Source: Nibricoccus sp. (GTDB lineage Bacteria > Verrucomicrobiota > Verrucomicrobiia > Opitutales > Opitutaceae). From it: a stretch of DNA of 64,000 nucleotides. The notes below the pieces were generated by a model. That model did not search any database. It saw only the letters and a list, made by a program, of their open reading frames with translations, and was not told the DNA's origin. A program made the position numbers and the translations under genes. Of this stretch, positions 41,887 through 51,598 are shown one piece after another. Position 1 is the first letter of the stretch. Each line of letters opens with the position of its first letter. The stretch is from contig JASGHG010000001.1 in the NCBI GenBank assembly GCA_047602425.1, forward strand, positions 1,312,001 through 1,376,000. The letters run 5' to 3'.

Positions 41887-42942
41887 TTAGGCGACCGAAT
41901 CGCGTTCGATCAGTCGCACCGGAAGCGTGATGGAGCGCGGGGAGACGCGCGTGCCGGAGGTGAGCCGGTCCATCATTTCGACCGCTTGCTCGGCCATGTC
42001 TTTGAGGGGCTCTTCGATCGTGGTAAGCGGTGGATTTTGCAGGGTCGAAATGCCTTCGTTTTCCCCGCCGATGAGGGAGATATCCTGCGGAACTTTTAGT
42101 CCCATGACGTAGGTGAGCAAATGCAGGCATTCCATCGCTTGAAAGCTGGTGCCGGGCACATAGATCGAGTCGGCGCCGCTGCGCACGAGGCGCGTGATCG
42201 CGGAGGCGCGGCCCATGTCGGGACCGGCGAGGAGTTGCAGGCGTTCATCGCCTTCGACACCGGCGTCGGCGAGGGCTTTTTGAAAACCTTTCAGCCGTTC
42301 GACAAACGGCCGGTTGTGCGCCCCGAAAAAAGCCGGTGCGCGACGGCCACGCGCGATAAAATGTTTTGCAGCGAGGTAGCCGGCGTTGAAATGGTCGGAG
42401 CGCACCACATACTCGCGGGCATCGGCGTCGAACTTGTCCATATAGACAACCGGCATGCGCGTCTCGAGTTCGCGCAGCATGCTTTCGAGCTGCTTGTCGA
42501 AGGTGACTGCTATCACGCCGTCGAGAAAGCTGCCAGGCAGTTGCTCGATGGGGTTCGACGGAAGGATGACGCCGATGTTACTGCGCGAAAAAGCGAACGC
42601 TAGATGCGCGGTCAATGTCGCGGCATAACCTTCGATGCGGTCGGTGAAAGTCGGTTCGCTCAGGATCGCAACCTGGCGCGTGCGGACAGAAACCTGGGGT
42701 TTCAGGTTGAGTTCTTTCGCAGCGCGGAGAACGCGTTCGCGCGTCGCGGCTTTGACCTTGTCGCGGTTATTGAGCACGCGGCTGACGGTGCCGGGCGAAA
42801 CATCGGCCAGGCGAGCGAGGTCGTAGATCGTGGCTTTTTTGCGAGGAGTATCTGGGGACGCTGAACGGCTCATGTCCTCAGGTGTGGACGCATCGGGGCG
42901 CGCGGGCGAATCCTTTGTGGTGGTTTTGGACAAAACAGTCAT
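41887..42942 (-). CDS. LacI-family transcriptional regulator
   Basis: TIYDLARLADVSPGTVSRVLN HTH and PPLTTI. Confidence 0.92.
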   Translation of the reverse strand: MTVLSKTTTKDSPARPDASTPEDMSRSASPDTPRKKATIYDLARLADVSPGTVSRVLNNRDKVKAATRERVLRAAKELNLKPQVSVRTRQVAILSEPTFTDRIEGYAATLTAHLAFAFSRSNIGVILPSNPIEQLPGSFLDGVIAVTFDKQLESMLRELETRMPVVYMDKFDADAREYVVRSDHFNAGYLAAKHFIARGRRAPAFFGAHNRPFVERLKGFQKALADAGVEGDERLQLLAGPDMGRASAITRLVRSGADSIYVPGTSFQAMECLHLLTYVMGLKVPQDISLIGGENEGISTLQNPPLTTIEEPLKDMAEQAVEMMDRLTSGTRVSPRSITLPVRLIERDSVA

Positions 42943-42954
42943 ACTGTTTCAGTC

Positions 42955-44364
42955 TCAGATTTTGCCCCGGCGGGCTTCGAGTTGGGCCCGGATCTCGTGC
43001 GCGCGTTTGCGATCCAGTGGATACATACGCAGAAGGACAATTGCCAGAATCGCCCATGCTGCAGTGGAAAGCGCCAGAATCAGGCGGAGACGAAGAATAG
43101 TTTCAGGAGTCTGCTGGCCGCCAAGCTCGGCGTTGAAACCGGTCATTTTAAGGGAAACGAATGCGCCGAAGAACGCCGTGGAATAACCAACTTTTTGAAT
43201 CCACGAAAAAATTGCGCCAAAAACGCCCTCGCGACGAAGCCCGCCGCGCAGTTCATCCTCGTCGCAAATATCCGCAAGCATTGCAGGCGTCAGAACGTTG
43301 ATCGCGATCCACACCGGACCGCAGAGAAGCGGATCGAGGAGAATCGTCCAGGAATGTCCCGGTGTAAAAAAGAACCATTTGCCTAATGCCCCGATGAACG
43401 TGAGCACAAACGCAATCGCCACTGTTTGCGTCTTGCCGATTTTCTGCGCGAGCCATGAAACCGGATAAATGGAGAGAATGCCGACGATCGCGTAGCCAAG
43501 CGAAAGGTGGCCTTTCCATGTTTCGCCGAGCGCGACGTCGCCCCCAAAAAGATAATAGACCAGAATATAGCGATCGAGATTGCTCGCAAACATGCCGGCC
43601 ACGATTTGCAGAAGCGTAAGCGCCACAAGGATCGTGAAGGCGCGGCTGGAAAAAGCCGCGCGTATACCCGGCACCAGCCTCACAGTCTCCTGTTTCTCTG
43701 TTTTGTGAAAAAAACGCTCACGCACGAACAGCGCCGGCAAAATCGCGACAATGCCGAGAAAGACAATACCGACAATCCAGCCGAGCGTGCGCACGCCCGT
43801 GATCGCCGAGGCAAACATCACCGAACTGGCGATGGGGAAAATGTAGTTGTAGCCCATTTCGCCGGCCTTGCCGAAAAAACCGACGTACGACGACACGCTC
43901 GTGCGCTCGTCGTAATCGGGCGTGATCTCATACTGCAGGGCGAGAAACGGAACGGAGAAAAACGAATAACCGATGTAGAAAACGATTTGCGTGGCGACGA
44001 GCCACGCGGTGAGCGCGACCTGACCGAAGGTCGTCGGCACCATCCAAATCAGGCCGAAAGCAAGCGCCTGAATGATTGCGCCTATCGCGACAAGCGGACG
44101 CCGGCGACCGAAACGCGAATGGAAATTATCGGAGAAACGACCGACCAGCGGATCGATGAACGCATCCAAAAACCGCGGCACGGTCAGCGCCGCCGCAAGC
44201 CAGATAGGATCCAGCTTGAGCGTCATTTGATAAAACGGCGTGGCAAAACTGCCAACAGCCGCAAGGCCCAGGAAGATCGGCAAACCGCCGGATCCTAGGG
44301 CCATTTTTTCGGAAAAACCAACCCTGTCCCGAGGACGGGTTTGCTGAACGGTGTCCGTGCTCAT
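42955..44364 (-). CDS. GPH-family (MFS) glycoside:cation symporter
   Basis: DAFIDPLVGRFSD...FGRRRP, EITPDYDERT, DICDEDEL..RREG. Confidence 0.9.
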   Translation of the reverse strand: MSTDTVQQTRPRDRVGFSEKMALGSGGLPIFLGLAAVGSFATPFYQMTLKLDPIWLAAALTVPRFLDAFIDPLVGRFSDNFHSRFGRRRPLVAIGAIIQALAFGLIWMVPTTFGQVALTAWLVATQIVFYIGYSFFSVPFLALQYEITPDYDERTSVSSYVGFFGKAGEMGYNYIFPIASSVMFASAITGVRTLGWIVGIVFLGIVAILPALFVRERFFHKTEKQETVRLVPGIRAAFSSRAFTILVALTLLQIVAGMFASNLDRYILVYYLFGGDVALGETWKGHLSLGYAIVGILSIYPVSWLAQKIGKTQTVAIAFVLTFIGALGKWFFFTPGHSWTILLDPLLCGPVWIAINVLTPAMLADICDEDELRGGLRREGVFGAIFSWIQKVGYSTAFFGAFVSLKMTGFNAELGGQQTPETILRLRLILALSTAAWAILAIVLLRMYPLDRKRAHEIRAQLEARRGKI

Positions 44365-44463
44365 ACGCGGGGTGTCGTTTGTCTCACGGAAACAGTTCGG
44401 CTAGGCCTGTTGTTCATCAGCAGGACAGGTTGGTCGGTTTACCTTATTTAAGCGAGGCAGGGC

Positions 44464-47400
44464 TTAGAAGTGCAGCGTGGCGGACAAGGTGCACTTGCGG
44501 GGATCCTGCAGGCCGATGCGCTCGGCGGGACGGGTGACCGCACCGTTGGGAGCGACTTGAGCCCACCAAGTGAGGGTGAAGATCTGGTCGTCGCGATTGT
44601 CGAAGAGATTGGCGACGTTGAACTGAATGTCCATCGTCGAACCCTTGCCGGCCCATTCGGTTTTGAAGGTGTAACCGATGTTGGCATCGTAGAGCAGAAG
44701 ACTGCGGCCGTAGTGGACGGTCGGATTGTACTTCGCATCGAGAGTGTCGTCATACATGCCGAGCACATTTTTGCTCTGATAACGACCGCCACCACCGATG
44801 GAGAAGCCCTTGAGGGCACCCTTGTCGAAGGTGTAGTTGGTATAAAGATTGCCGCCGTACTTACGCTGACCGCGCGCATTGTGGCCGTCGAGTGTCGTGA
44901 CGTTGTTGATGGCGTACTGTTCCATCCAACGAATCTGGTTGCCCAGCGTATCCCACGAGAAATCGCCAGGATTATTCGTTGTCGGGGTGTTGTCGCCGGT
45001 GTAGGTCCCGGTCGTCGGAGCTTTCGAACGCCAGAAGGCCTCGTTCTTGGTCGCCCATTCCCTGACCTCGGCCATCGAATTGCGGGCGATGACATTGTTG
45101 ATCGAGAAGTTTGCCGATATGCGCCAGTTTGTGGTGGGGTTGGCCACCAGGGTAAATTCCCAACCGCTCGAGTCGCGATCGAACATGAAGCCGTTGGCAT
45201 TTATCAGGTGCGAATCGTATTCAGCCTGGGTGATGAGCGGGGTCGCCGAAACTGCAGCGTTCGGAGCGCGCAGGGCATTCAGGATCTTCGTATTGCGATC
45301 GCTGATGTCGGTCTTGACGGTGCCCCAGTCGGTCATGTGTTTGACCTTGGTTTTGTAGTAACCAACCGTCGCGTAGAGCTTGCCTTCGAGAAGATCGAAC
45401 TTGAAACCGGCGTCGCCACCCTTGCCCTCAGGCATCGGAGGCAGATCGGCGCCAATAATGTGGATGCGAACGTTAGGAATATCGCGGCTGGAGGAAACGT
45501 TACCAAACAACGAGACCCACTTGGTTGCGTGATAAACCGCGCCGGCAGTTACGGTGTTGGCGTTGAAGGTCTTGTTCTTTTCGTAGCGCGGATCGAGGTA
45601 AATTCGAGCGCGACTGTCGCGAACACTGGCGCCACCAGTGCCGTAGTTGTACGTGTACTTGAGCGAATCAGCACGGTAACCGAGGATCGTCACGAGCTTT
45701 TCGTTGAAGAAGAAGCTCTGCAACGCACCCATGCCAGTGGTCTGTTTTTCGGTTGTGTCTTCGGGTTCCTGCGTGGTGACCCAAGTCGTACCGGGGACAG
45801 CAATACGCCAGGATTGCACGTGGATATCCTTGGTGTCTCCGCCAGTGAAATAGTGACGACGGTAGAGGCGGTTGACGTCGGCCTCGGCCGCGGTTGGATC
45901 GAAGGCCCAGCCGGAGATGTCGCTAAAAACTTCGCATTCCTCGACGCGTTTGAATGTGCGTTGCCTGTAATTGAGCATACCGGCAGCGCGGTGCTTGCCC
46001 CAATCGCCGGTGTTGAAGTTATACGCAACGGTGGCGCGGAGATCGGTGGCCTTGGTGCGCACATCGCGACGGGTCCAGTTATTTTCGACGTAAAGTTTTC
46101 CCGCATTTGGATTGGTTCCGGCAGCGTTGCCCCAAATGTCGGGCAGATCGGCGCTCGCTTCGCCCCAAATTTCGGTGCTGTTGCCGTAGTAGGCGGTCGC
46201 GCGGCTGCCGTCTGGATCGTAGCCGAAAAAGTCGATCGCTTGGTGATTGAAAGCGAGTTCGTAAGAAAGACTGTCGGTCAACTTGCTTTCAAAAAATGCG
46301 CTGGCGGTTTTGTATTTGGTCTCACGCGTCGCATCGGGGCCACCGGTGTTGGCGTTGCGGGGGATGATCGCGTTGTTGGCCGGAGTGTCGGCCCAGGCAG
46401 ACCACGTGGGACGAGCCCAATCGTCGGTTGCGCCGATATCGCGATAGGTCGCGCTCAGGAAGGCGCCATCGACGTTGTTGCTGCCTTGCGCACGGCCGAG
46501 CCAGTTGCGGACAACACCGTCGTCGCCAACGACGCGGTGGTCGGGCCAGAAGGTGTCGATGGCAGGAGCCCAAGGCCAGGCACCGGAAAAGGTCGGGCGG
46601 CCAGCTTGACGCCAGAGGAATGACTGGTCGATCGCGAGCCAAGGGCGTGCAACGTTATCGTTGACCTTGCCGATTTCGGCCTCGACACGCAGGGAGGTTT
46701 CCCGGGAGGGAGCCCACTTTGCAGCGAGATGCGCGCGGCGGGAACGATCATAGGCGAATTCGCGCCAATCCTTGCCGCTCTCGGCCATGGCGTTGACGCG
46801 GATGGCGAATTGATTTGGAACAAGCGAAAGGTTCGTGTCGATCGTGCCGCGATTCCGGTTCCAGCTGCCAACCAGATAACTGACCGCGTGCTTGTTCACG
46901 TCCAGCATGGCCTGTTTGGTCGACGTGTTGACCAAACCGCCGGGGGCACCAAAGCCGAAGAGAATGCCGTTGGGACCACGCGATTGGTCGATGCGCTCGA
47001 CGTTGTAGAAATCGGAGGACGCTTCCCATTTGAAGAAATTGCGCGAGTAGCTGGCGGAGAGACCGCGAATACGCAGCTGCCACTCGTCATTGCCGATCAT
47101 GGGATTGCCATTGACGCTGAGGTCCGCGTCGCCGAAGTCGGGCACGGCGTTGTTTTCGAAAAGGATCAGGTCCTTCATGTTCGTCGCGCCGATATCCTTG
47201 ATGAACTCGGGCGTGAACACGGAGATGGCGGCGCCGGTGTCCTTCAACTTCGTGTTGAGGCGGCTGCCGGCGAGGGTGTTGCCGGCGAGGTAGCCGACGT
47301 CTTTCTTGGTGCTGACGGTGAACGGACTGAGGACGAGGGTTTCGTCTTCGACGGGAACGTCCGCGGTGGATGCAGGCTGCGCGGGTGTACTAACGGCCGT

Positions 47401-47478
47401 TTGAGCTGACAGAGTCACCACCGGTGCGAGGGCCAGGGCCGCACACAGGGTGAGTTTTTGCAGGCTTGGGGGGTTCAT
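44464..47478 (-). CDS. TonB-dependent receptor
   Basis: Signal peptide, LVLSPFTV..GYLAGNTLAGSRLNT plug, RGPNGILFG, C-terminal Phe. Confidence 0.92.
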   Translation of the reverse strand: MNPPSLQKLTLCAALALAPVVTLSAQTAVSTPAQPASTADVPVEDETLVLSPFTVSTKKDVGYLAGNTLAGSRLNTKLKDTGAAISVFTPEFIKDIGATNMKDLILFENNAVPDFGDADLSVNGNPMIGNDEWQLRIRGLSASYSRNFFKWEASSDFYNVERIDQSRGPNGILFGFGAPGGLVNTSTKQAMLDVNKHAVSYLVGSWNRNRGTIDTNLSLVPNQFAIRVNAMAESGKDWREFAYDRSRRAHLAAKWAPSRETSLRVEAEIGKVNDNVARPWLAIDQSFLWRQAGRPTFSGAWPWAPAIDTFWPDHRVVGDDGVVRNWLGRAQGSNNVDGAFLSATYRDIGATDDWARPTWSAWADTPANNAIIPRNANTGGPDATRETKYKTASAFFESKLTDSLSYELAFNHQAIDFFGYDPDGSRATAYYGNSTEIWGEASADLPDIWGNAAGTNPNAGKLYVENNWTRRDVRTKATDLRATVAYNFNTGDWGKHRAAGMLNYRQRTFKRVEECEVFSDISGWAFDPTAAEADVNRLYRRHYFTGGDTKDIHVQSWRIAVPGTTWVTTQEPEDTTEKQTTGMGALQSFFFNEKLVTILGYRADSLKYTYNYGTGGASVRDSRARIYLDPRYEKNKTFNANTVTAGAVYHATKWVSLFGNVSSSRDIPNVRIHIIGADLPPMPEGKGGDAGFKFDLLEGKLYATVGYYKTKVKHMTDWGTVKTDISDRNTKILNALRAPNAAVSATPLITQAEYDSHLINANGFMFDRDSSGWEFTLVANPTTNWRISANFSINNVIARNSMAEVREWATKNEAFWRSKAPTTGTYTGDNTPTTNNPGDFSWDTLGNQIRWMEQYAINNVTTLDGHNARGQRKYGGNLYTNYTFDKGALKGFSIGGGGRYQSKNVLGMYDDTLDAKYNPTVHYGRSLLLYDANIGYTFKTEWAGKGSTMDIQFNVANLFDNRDDQIFTLTWWAQVAPNGAVTRPAERIGLQDPRKCTLSATLHF

Positions 47479-47522
47479 GTGTTGTGTAGGATTACGCTGA
47501 GTGAACAGTAATAACCGAAATT

Positions 47523-48671
47523 CTATTTTGCAGGCGGACGGGCAAAACCAGCCGCCGGAAGCAATTCGCCTTTGCGATCAAAGAGTGCACAGGATCCTCC
47601 GACCCAAACCGGCATGCCCGCCACACGCACCGATTCCGGGTGCCACCAAAAAATTCCGCGCCCAAGGTCACCCGGGACTGCCTTCACGGCGGCGAGAACC
47701 TCGGACACAAACTGTTTTTGACCCTCGGGCGTCATGGGCCAGTGCATGTTTGGACGTTTGTCCCAATGCTCGTCGTGGGTCCATGGATACGCCGTCTCGA
47801 CGACCATGACGGGTTTCTTGAATTCTGCGGCGAGCCCATTGAGGCATTTGCTGAGTTCGGCAACCGTCTGATGCCAGTCCGGGTAATAACTCATGCCGAT
47901 CACATCGAAAGGTACATTGGCCTTCGTCGCTTCGCGGCAAAACCAAAGCGCGCGGTCGTACTGATGAGGACTTTCGATATGCAGGACCGAAATGGGCTTC
48001 GCTTCGTTGGGAAACGCATCCGCGAGCCCCTCGTGCGCCGCCCGAAGGAGACCACCCAAACGTTCCCACGCGGCTTGCGCGGCTGCAGGATCGCTCTCGT
48101 TCTGCGAAAATTCCACGCGGCCCTCCGGCCACAGCATGCCGTTGGTGATTTCGTTGCCGAGTTGAACGAGGTGAGGCTTCACCCCCTCCGCGGCAAAACG
48201 CTTGAGCACCTCCGCCGTATAGCTGCGCACCTTGGCCTTCAACTCGTCATAGGAAAGCTTCTCCCACGCGGCGGGTTTGTACTGTTTGGCCGGATCGGCC
48301 CAAGTATCCGAATAGTGGATATCGAGCATGAAGGCCGCCTTCAGCGCCTTGACGCGCTTCGCCAGGGCAATCGTGTATTCGAGGTCGTTGGTCACCACCG
48401 ATTTCCCATCGGGCGCCACAAACAGACGCAGGCGGAAACAATTGAAACCCTGCGCGCGCAAGATGCTGAGCCCGTCGGCCTTTTTACCTCCAAAACGGTA
48501 AACAGCACCGTGTTTTTCCAGCGTGGTCTGCGCCGAAACATCCGCTCCCACTAAAAACGGGACTTCGCCGCACATACCCGACGCGGCGAACCCCAAACAT
48601 ATTAGCGATAAAGCCGGCAAAAAAATTGCGCGGCGGACAAAGGAGAATTTCCGTGTAACAGGGAAAAGCAT
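47523..48671 (-). CDS. GH53 endo-beta-1,4-galactanase
   Basis: GADVS, RLRLFV, DIHYSDTWADP, VQLGNE, SYYPDWH, VETAYP. Confidence 0.92.
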   Translation of the reverse strand: MLFPVTRKFSFVRRAIFLPALSLICLGFAASGMCGEVPFLVGADVSAQTTLEKHGAVYRFGGKKADGLSILRAQGFNCFRLRLFVAPDGKSVVTNDLEYTIALAKRVKALKAAFMLDIHYSDTWADPAKQYKPAAWEKLSYDELKAKVRSYTAEVLKRFAAEGVKPHLVQLGNEITNGMLWPEGRVEFSQNESDPAAAQAAWERLGGLLRAAHEGLADAFPNEAKPISVLHIESPHQYDRALWFCREATKANVPFDVIGMSYYPDWHQTVAELSKCLNGLAAEFKKPVMVVETAYPWTHDEHWDKRPNMHWPMTPEGQKQFVSEVLAAVKAVPGDLGRGIFWWHPESVRVAGMPVWVGGSCALFDRKGELLPAAGFARPPAK

Positions 48672-48793
48672 GAGCTGGAAAACGGACAGGCGAGGTCTGA
48701 GCAGACGTGACGTTCGGGTAACGGGGGCAGGGTTAGGGGCGACGAAGCAGTTTCTCAAACGATGCGAATTTTAAGTCAATAGTTTTATTATTT

Positions 48794-48808
48794 ATAAAAC
48801 TGTTTTAT
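48794..48808. promoter_or_regulatory. Palindrome, candidate LacI operator of the galactan locus
   Basis: ATAAAAC-T-GTTTTAT in the AT-rich region upstream of GH53. Confidence 0.35.
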
Positions 48809-48898
48809 TTTTCCATTTTCCACTGCTCCTCATAGCCGCCGACATCCCCTCCTTCTGTCATCGTCACCTCCAACAAAAATTTTAAAAGACAGCTCTCG

Positions 48899-48919
48899 TT
48901 GTCATCCAATAGATGACAA
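48899..48919. repeat. Single copy of the TTGTCATC..GATGACAA palindrome
   Basis: TTGTCATCCAATAGATGACAA. Confidence 0.8.
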
Positions 48920-49164
48920 TCACCTGAGTCCTGACAGGAGCATTTTCTTTGTTTGCCAGTTGCTTAAGAAGATCCTGTTACACTCAGAGGGCAGTGGTCC
49001 GCGCGAGCATTCGCTTTCCTTTTCCCCTCCTTCAAAGCAAACAGGAGAATTGAATCTAAAAGAAAGGATTTTCGGGTGCGCAGCTGCTCAAAGGGAAAAG
49101 CGACTTCCTCATGCGCTTATTAAACGTCGGTTGAATTTCCGGCGTCATTACCCATCTTGGAGGA

Positions 49165-49848
49165 ATGGAAATGGAAATCGTCCTGCCCGAAGAAATCGCG
49201 GTTATGACTTTGCCCGATGTCACGTTCTTCCCGCAGGCACTCCTGCCACTGCATATTTTTGAGCCTCGTTATCAACAGATGCTGCGGGAATCGCTCGCCA
49301 GCGACCGTTTGTTCGCCGTCGCCGGACTCGATGCGAAAACCGCCCGCCAAACCGGCAGGTTCGAGCCTCCGCACCGTGTCGCCACCGTAGGCATCGTCCG
49401 CGCGTGTCAGAAAAACGACAACGGCACTTCGAATTTGCTCATTCAAGGCCTCGCCCGCGTCGAGATCGTTGAAATCGTTTGCGAGGAGCCCTATCGCCGC
49501 GTCCGGATCCGCGCCCTCGCCAGCGCCCAGGGAGCCGAACCATCCGTCAACGACAAACTCCGCGTCACGTTGGGCAAGCTCCTGCAAACAAAACAGCGGC
49601 TCGGCGGCACCGTGCCGCATGAGTTTACCCAGTTTCTCAAAACCGTGCACGATCCCGAGACGTTCGTCGACCTCGCCGCATTCACGCTCTGCGACGATGC
49701 CCGGCTCAAGCAAAAGTTGCTCGAAACCCTCGATGTTCATGCGCGCCTGCAACTTTACTCCACCCGCCTGCAACACGATATCGAGGCGATGAAGCTGCAG
49801 AAAAAACTTCAGGGGCGTCTACCCGATGAGCAGATAGAACAGAATTGA
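49165..49848 (+). CDS. LON substrate-binding domain protein
   Basis: FFPQALLPLHIFEPRYQQM, DNGTSNLLIQGLAR, KQKLLE. Confidence 0.88.
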   Translation: MEMEIVLPEEIAVMTLPDVTFFPQALLPLHIFEPRYQQMLRESLASDRLFAVAGLDAKTARQTGRFEPPHRVATVGIVRACQKNDNGTSNLLIQGLARVEIVEIVCEEPYRRVRIRALASAQGAEPSVNDKLRVTLGKLLQTKQRLGGTVPHEFTQFLKTVHDPETFVDLAAFTLCDDARLKQKLLETLDVHARLQLYSTRLQHDIEAMKLQKKLQGRLPDEQIEQN

Positions 49849-49927
49849 ACCAGCCTCCGGAAACACAGTTTTACTGACCTACATCAAGGACCGGAAGCCA
49901 GATCGCGCCTAGAGTAAGCTCTCCGCA

Positions 49928-50179
49928 ATGAGTTTTTCCTGCCCGCATTTTCGTCCCGACGACGAGTATTGCTTTCGCCTCAAAACCGACTGCGTGCCCG
50001 GTCGACCCGGTTGCGTGTTGGGAAAAAACGCCGTTTTCGCCACACCCGTTGAAGAACGCATTCGCCTGAAAGAGGAGGAAAAACGCCAGCGCATCCTCGC
50101 AAATTCAGGAACCGGCGTGGCCCCGGTCACGTTTCCGCAACCACTCGCCAAGCGTAAAATTCCAAAGCGACGTTCCTGA
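49928..50179 (+). CDS. Small Cys-rich hypothetical protein
   Basis: CPH..C....DCVPGRPGCVL followed by a basic helical tail. Confidence 0.65.
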   Translation: MSFSCPHFRPDDEYCFRLKTDCVPGRPGCVLGKNAVFATPVEERIRLKEEEKRQRILANSGTGVAPVTFPQPLAKRKIPKRRS

Positions 50180-50454
50180 CGAGCAAGCCCGCAACTTCGC
50201 CGGCCAACGATCATACAATCATAATTACGATCGCGAATTGGCTCTATGAACTAGTTTTTAACGTAAAACGTGACAAATTTTACGGGCCATCGCGAGTCTG
50301 CCTTTCGAACGCGGCGAGCATCGTATATTTTAAAAATCACAGGGAAACGACCGCTTTCGCCATGGCGCGGGAATAGAATTTCGCGAAAGTGCACGAAGTG
50401 TATTTTGCAGAATTTCTCGACCGGGGGACGATGCTGGCATACGTTGAGCCTCCA

Positions 50455-51129
50455 ATGATTCTCAACGCACTCGAAGCCATGCATGCACGTCGCTCCATTC
50501 GCGAGTTCGAAGCCGAACTCGTGCCCGCCGACGTCATCAAGCAACTCGTCGAGGCCGCCGGCCGCGCGCCCAGTTCGAAGAACACGCAGCCCTGGCGCCT
50601 TTATCTCGTGCAAGGCGCCGCGCTCGAAGCCCTGCGCGCCGATTATCTCGCCGCTTTCGACAGCAGCCGCCCGGGAAAACCTGGTTATCAATATTCCCCC
50701 AACCCATTGCCAGAAGCATGGGCCGCCCGCGCGAAGGAAAATGGCATCGGCATCTTCAAACACAAGGGCATCGGCCGCGACGAAATGGACAAACGCCGCG
50801 CCCACGACCGCGAAAATTTCCGTTTCTTCGGCGCGCAACAGGTTTTCTTCATTGGTACGCAGGAAAACGCCTTCTCGTACGGCACATTCCTCGACTGCGG
50901 TTTTGTTCTCGACAACCTGATGCTAGGACTAACCGCGCTTGGCTACGGCTCCTGCCCTCAATTCAGCGCGATGGCTTATCCTGACCTGTTGAAAAAACAC
51001 ATCCCCGGCAGCGAAGACACGCTTTTCATCGCCGGCCTACCCTTCGGCCGGCCCAAGCCTACCGCTCACGTAAACGCCTATCAAACCACCCGCGAATCAA
51101 TCGACAAGTGGTTCAAGGTGGTCGGCTAA
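50455..51129 (+). CDS. Nitroreductase family protein
   Basis: RRSIREF, APSSKNTQPW, NFRFFGA, GYGSCPQ; start uncertain. Confidence 0.88.
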   Translation: MILNALEAMHARRSIREFEAELVPADVIKQLVEAAGRAPSSKNTQPWRLYLVQGAALEALRADYLAAFDSSRPGKPGYQYSPNPLPEAWAARAKENGIGIFKHKGIGRDEMDKRRAHDRENFRFFGAQQVFFIGTQENAFSYGTFLDCGFVLDNLMLGLTALGYGSCPQFSAMAYPDLLKKHIPGSEDTLFIAGLPFGRPKPTAHVNAYQTTRESIDKWFKVVG

Positions 51130-51140
51130 AGCCACAAGGC

Positions 51141-51584
51141 ATGAAGGTGCATTTCTGCGTCCGCCCTGTCAGCCCGGAGGATGCAGAAGCCATTGCTCAA
51201 TTGACGGCAACGCTCGGTTATTCGGCAGAAACGGTAACCGTCCGCAACCGTATCCACTCAATCCTTACGTCCGCCGAGAATCTATTCATCGTGGTCGTTG
51301 ACGACGCACAAAAACCAGTCGGCTGGCTCCAAGCCCACGCTTCTGAAATCGTAGAATCCGGTTACCGCGTGGAAATTGTTGGTCTGGTCGTCGCTCCGCA
51401 ATATCGACGTCTCGGCGCAGGCCGAATGCTGGTGAACGAAGCCGAAAGTTGGGCGAGAAAAAAACACGCGAACGCGATCGTAGTGCGCAGCAACGTGACT
51501 AGAACTGAAAGCCATTCCTTTTATCCTGCGTTGGGATACATTGCCGCCAAAACCCAGCATGTGTACCGCAAAGCGATCGAGTGA
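51141..51584 (+). CDS. GNAT N-acetyltransferase
   Basis: LVVAPQYRRLGAGRML and FYPALGY. Confidence 0.88.
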   Translation: MKVHFCVRPVSPEDAEAIAQLTATLGYSAETVTVRNRIHSILTSAENLFIVVVDDAQKPVGWLQAHASEIVESGYRVEIVGLVVAPQYRRLGAGRMLVNEAESWARKKHANAIVVRSNVTRTESHSFYPALGYIAAKTQHVYRKAIE

Positions 51585-51598
51585 ATTTCGGGCTGCTG

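Noticed and set aside
44470..46623. 717-aa plus-strand ORF
   Set aside because: Antisense shadow of the TonB-dependent receptor
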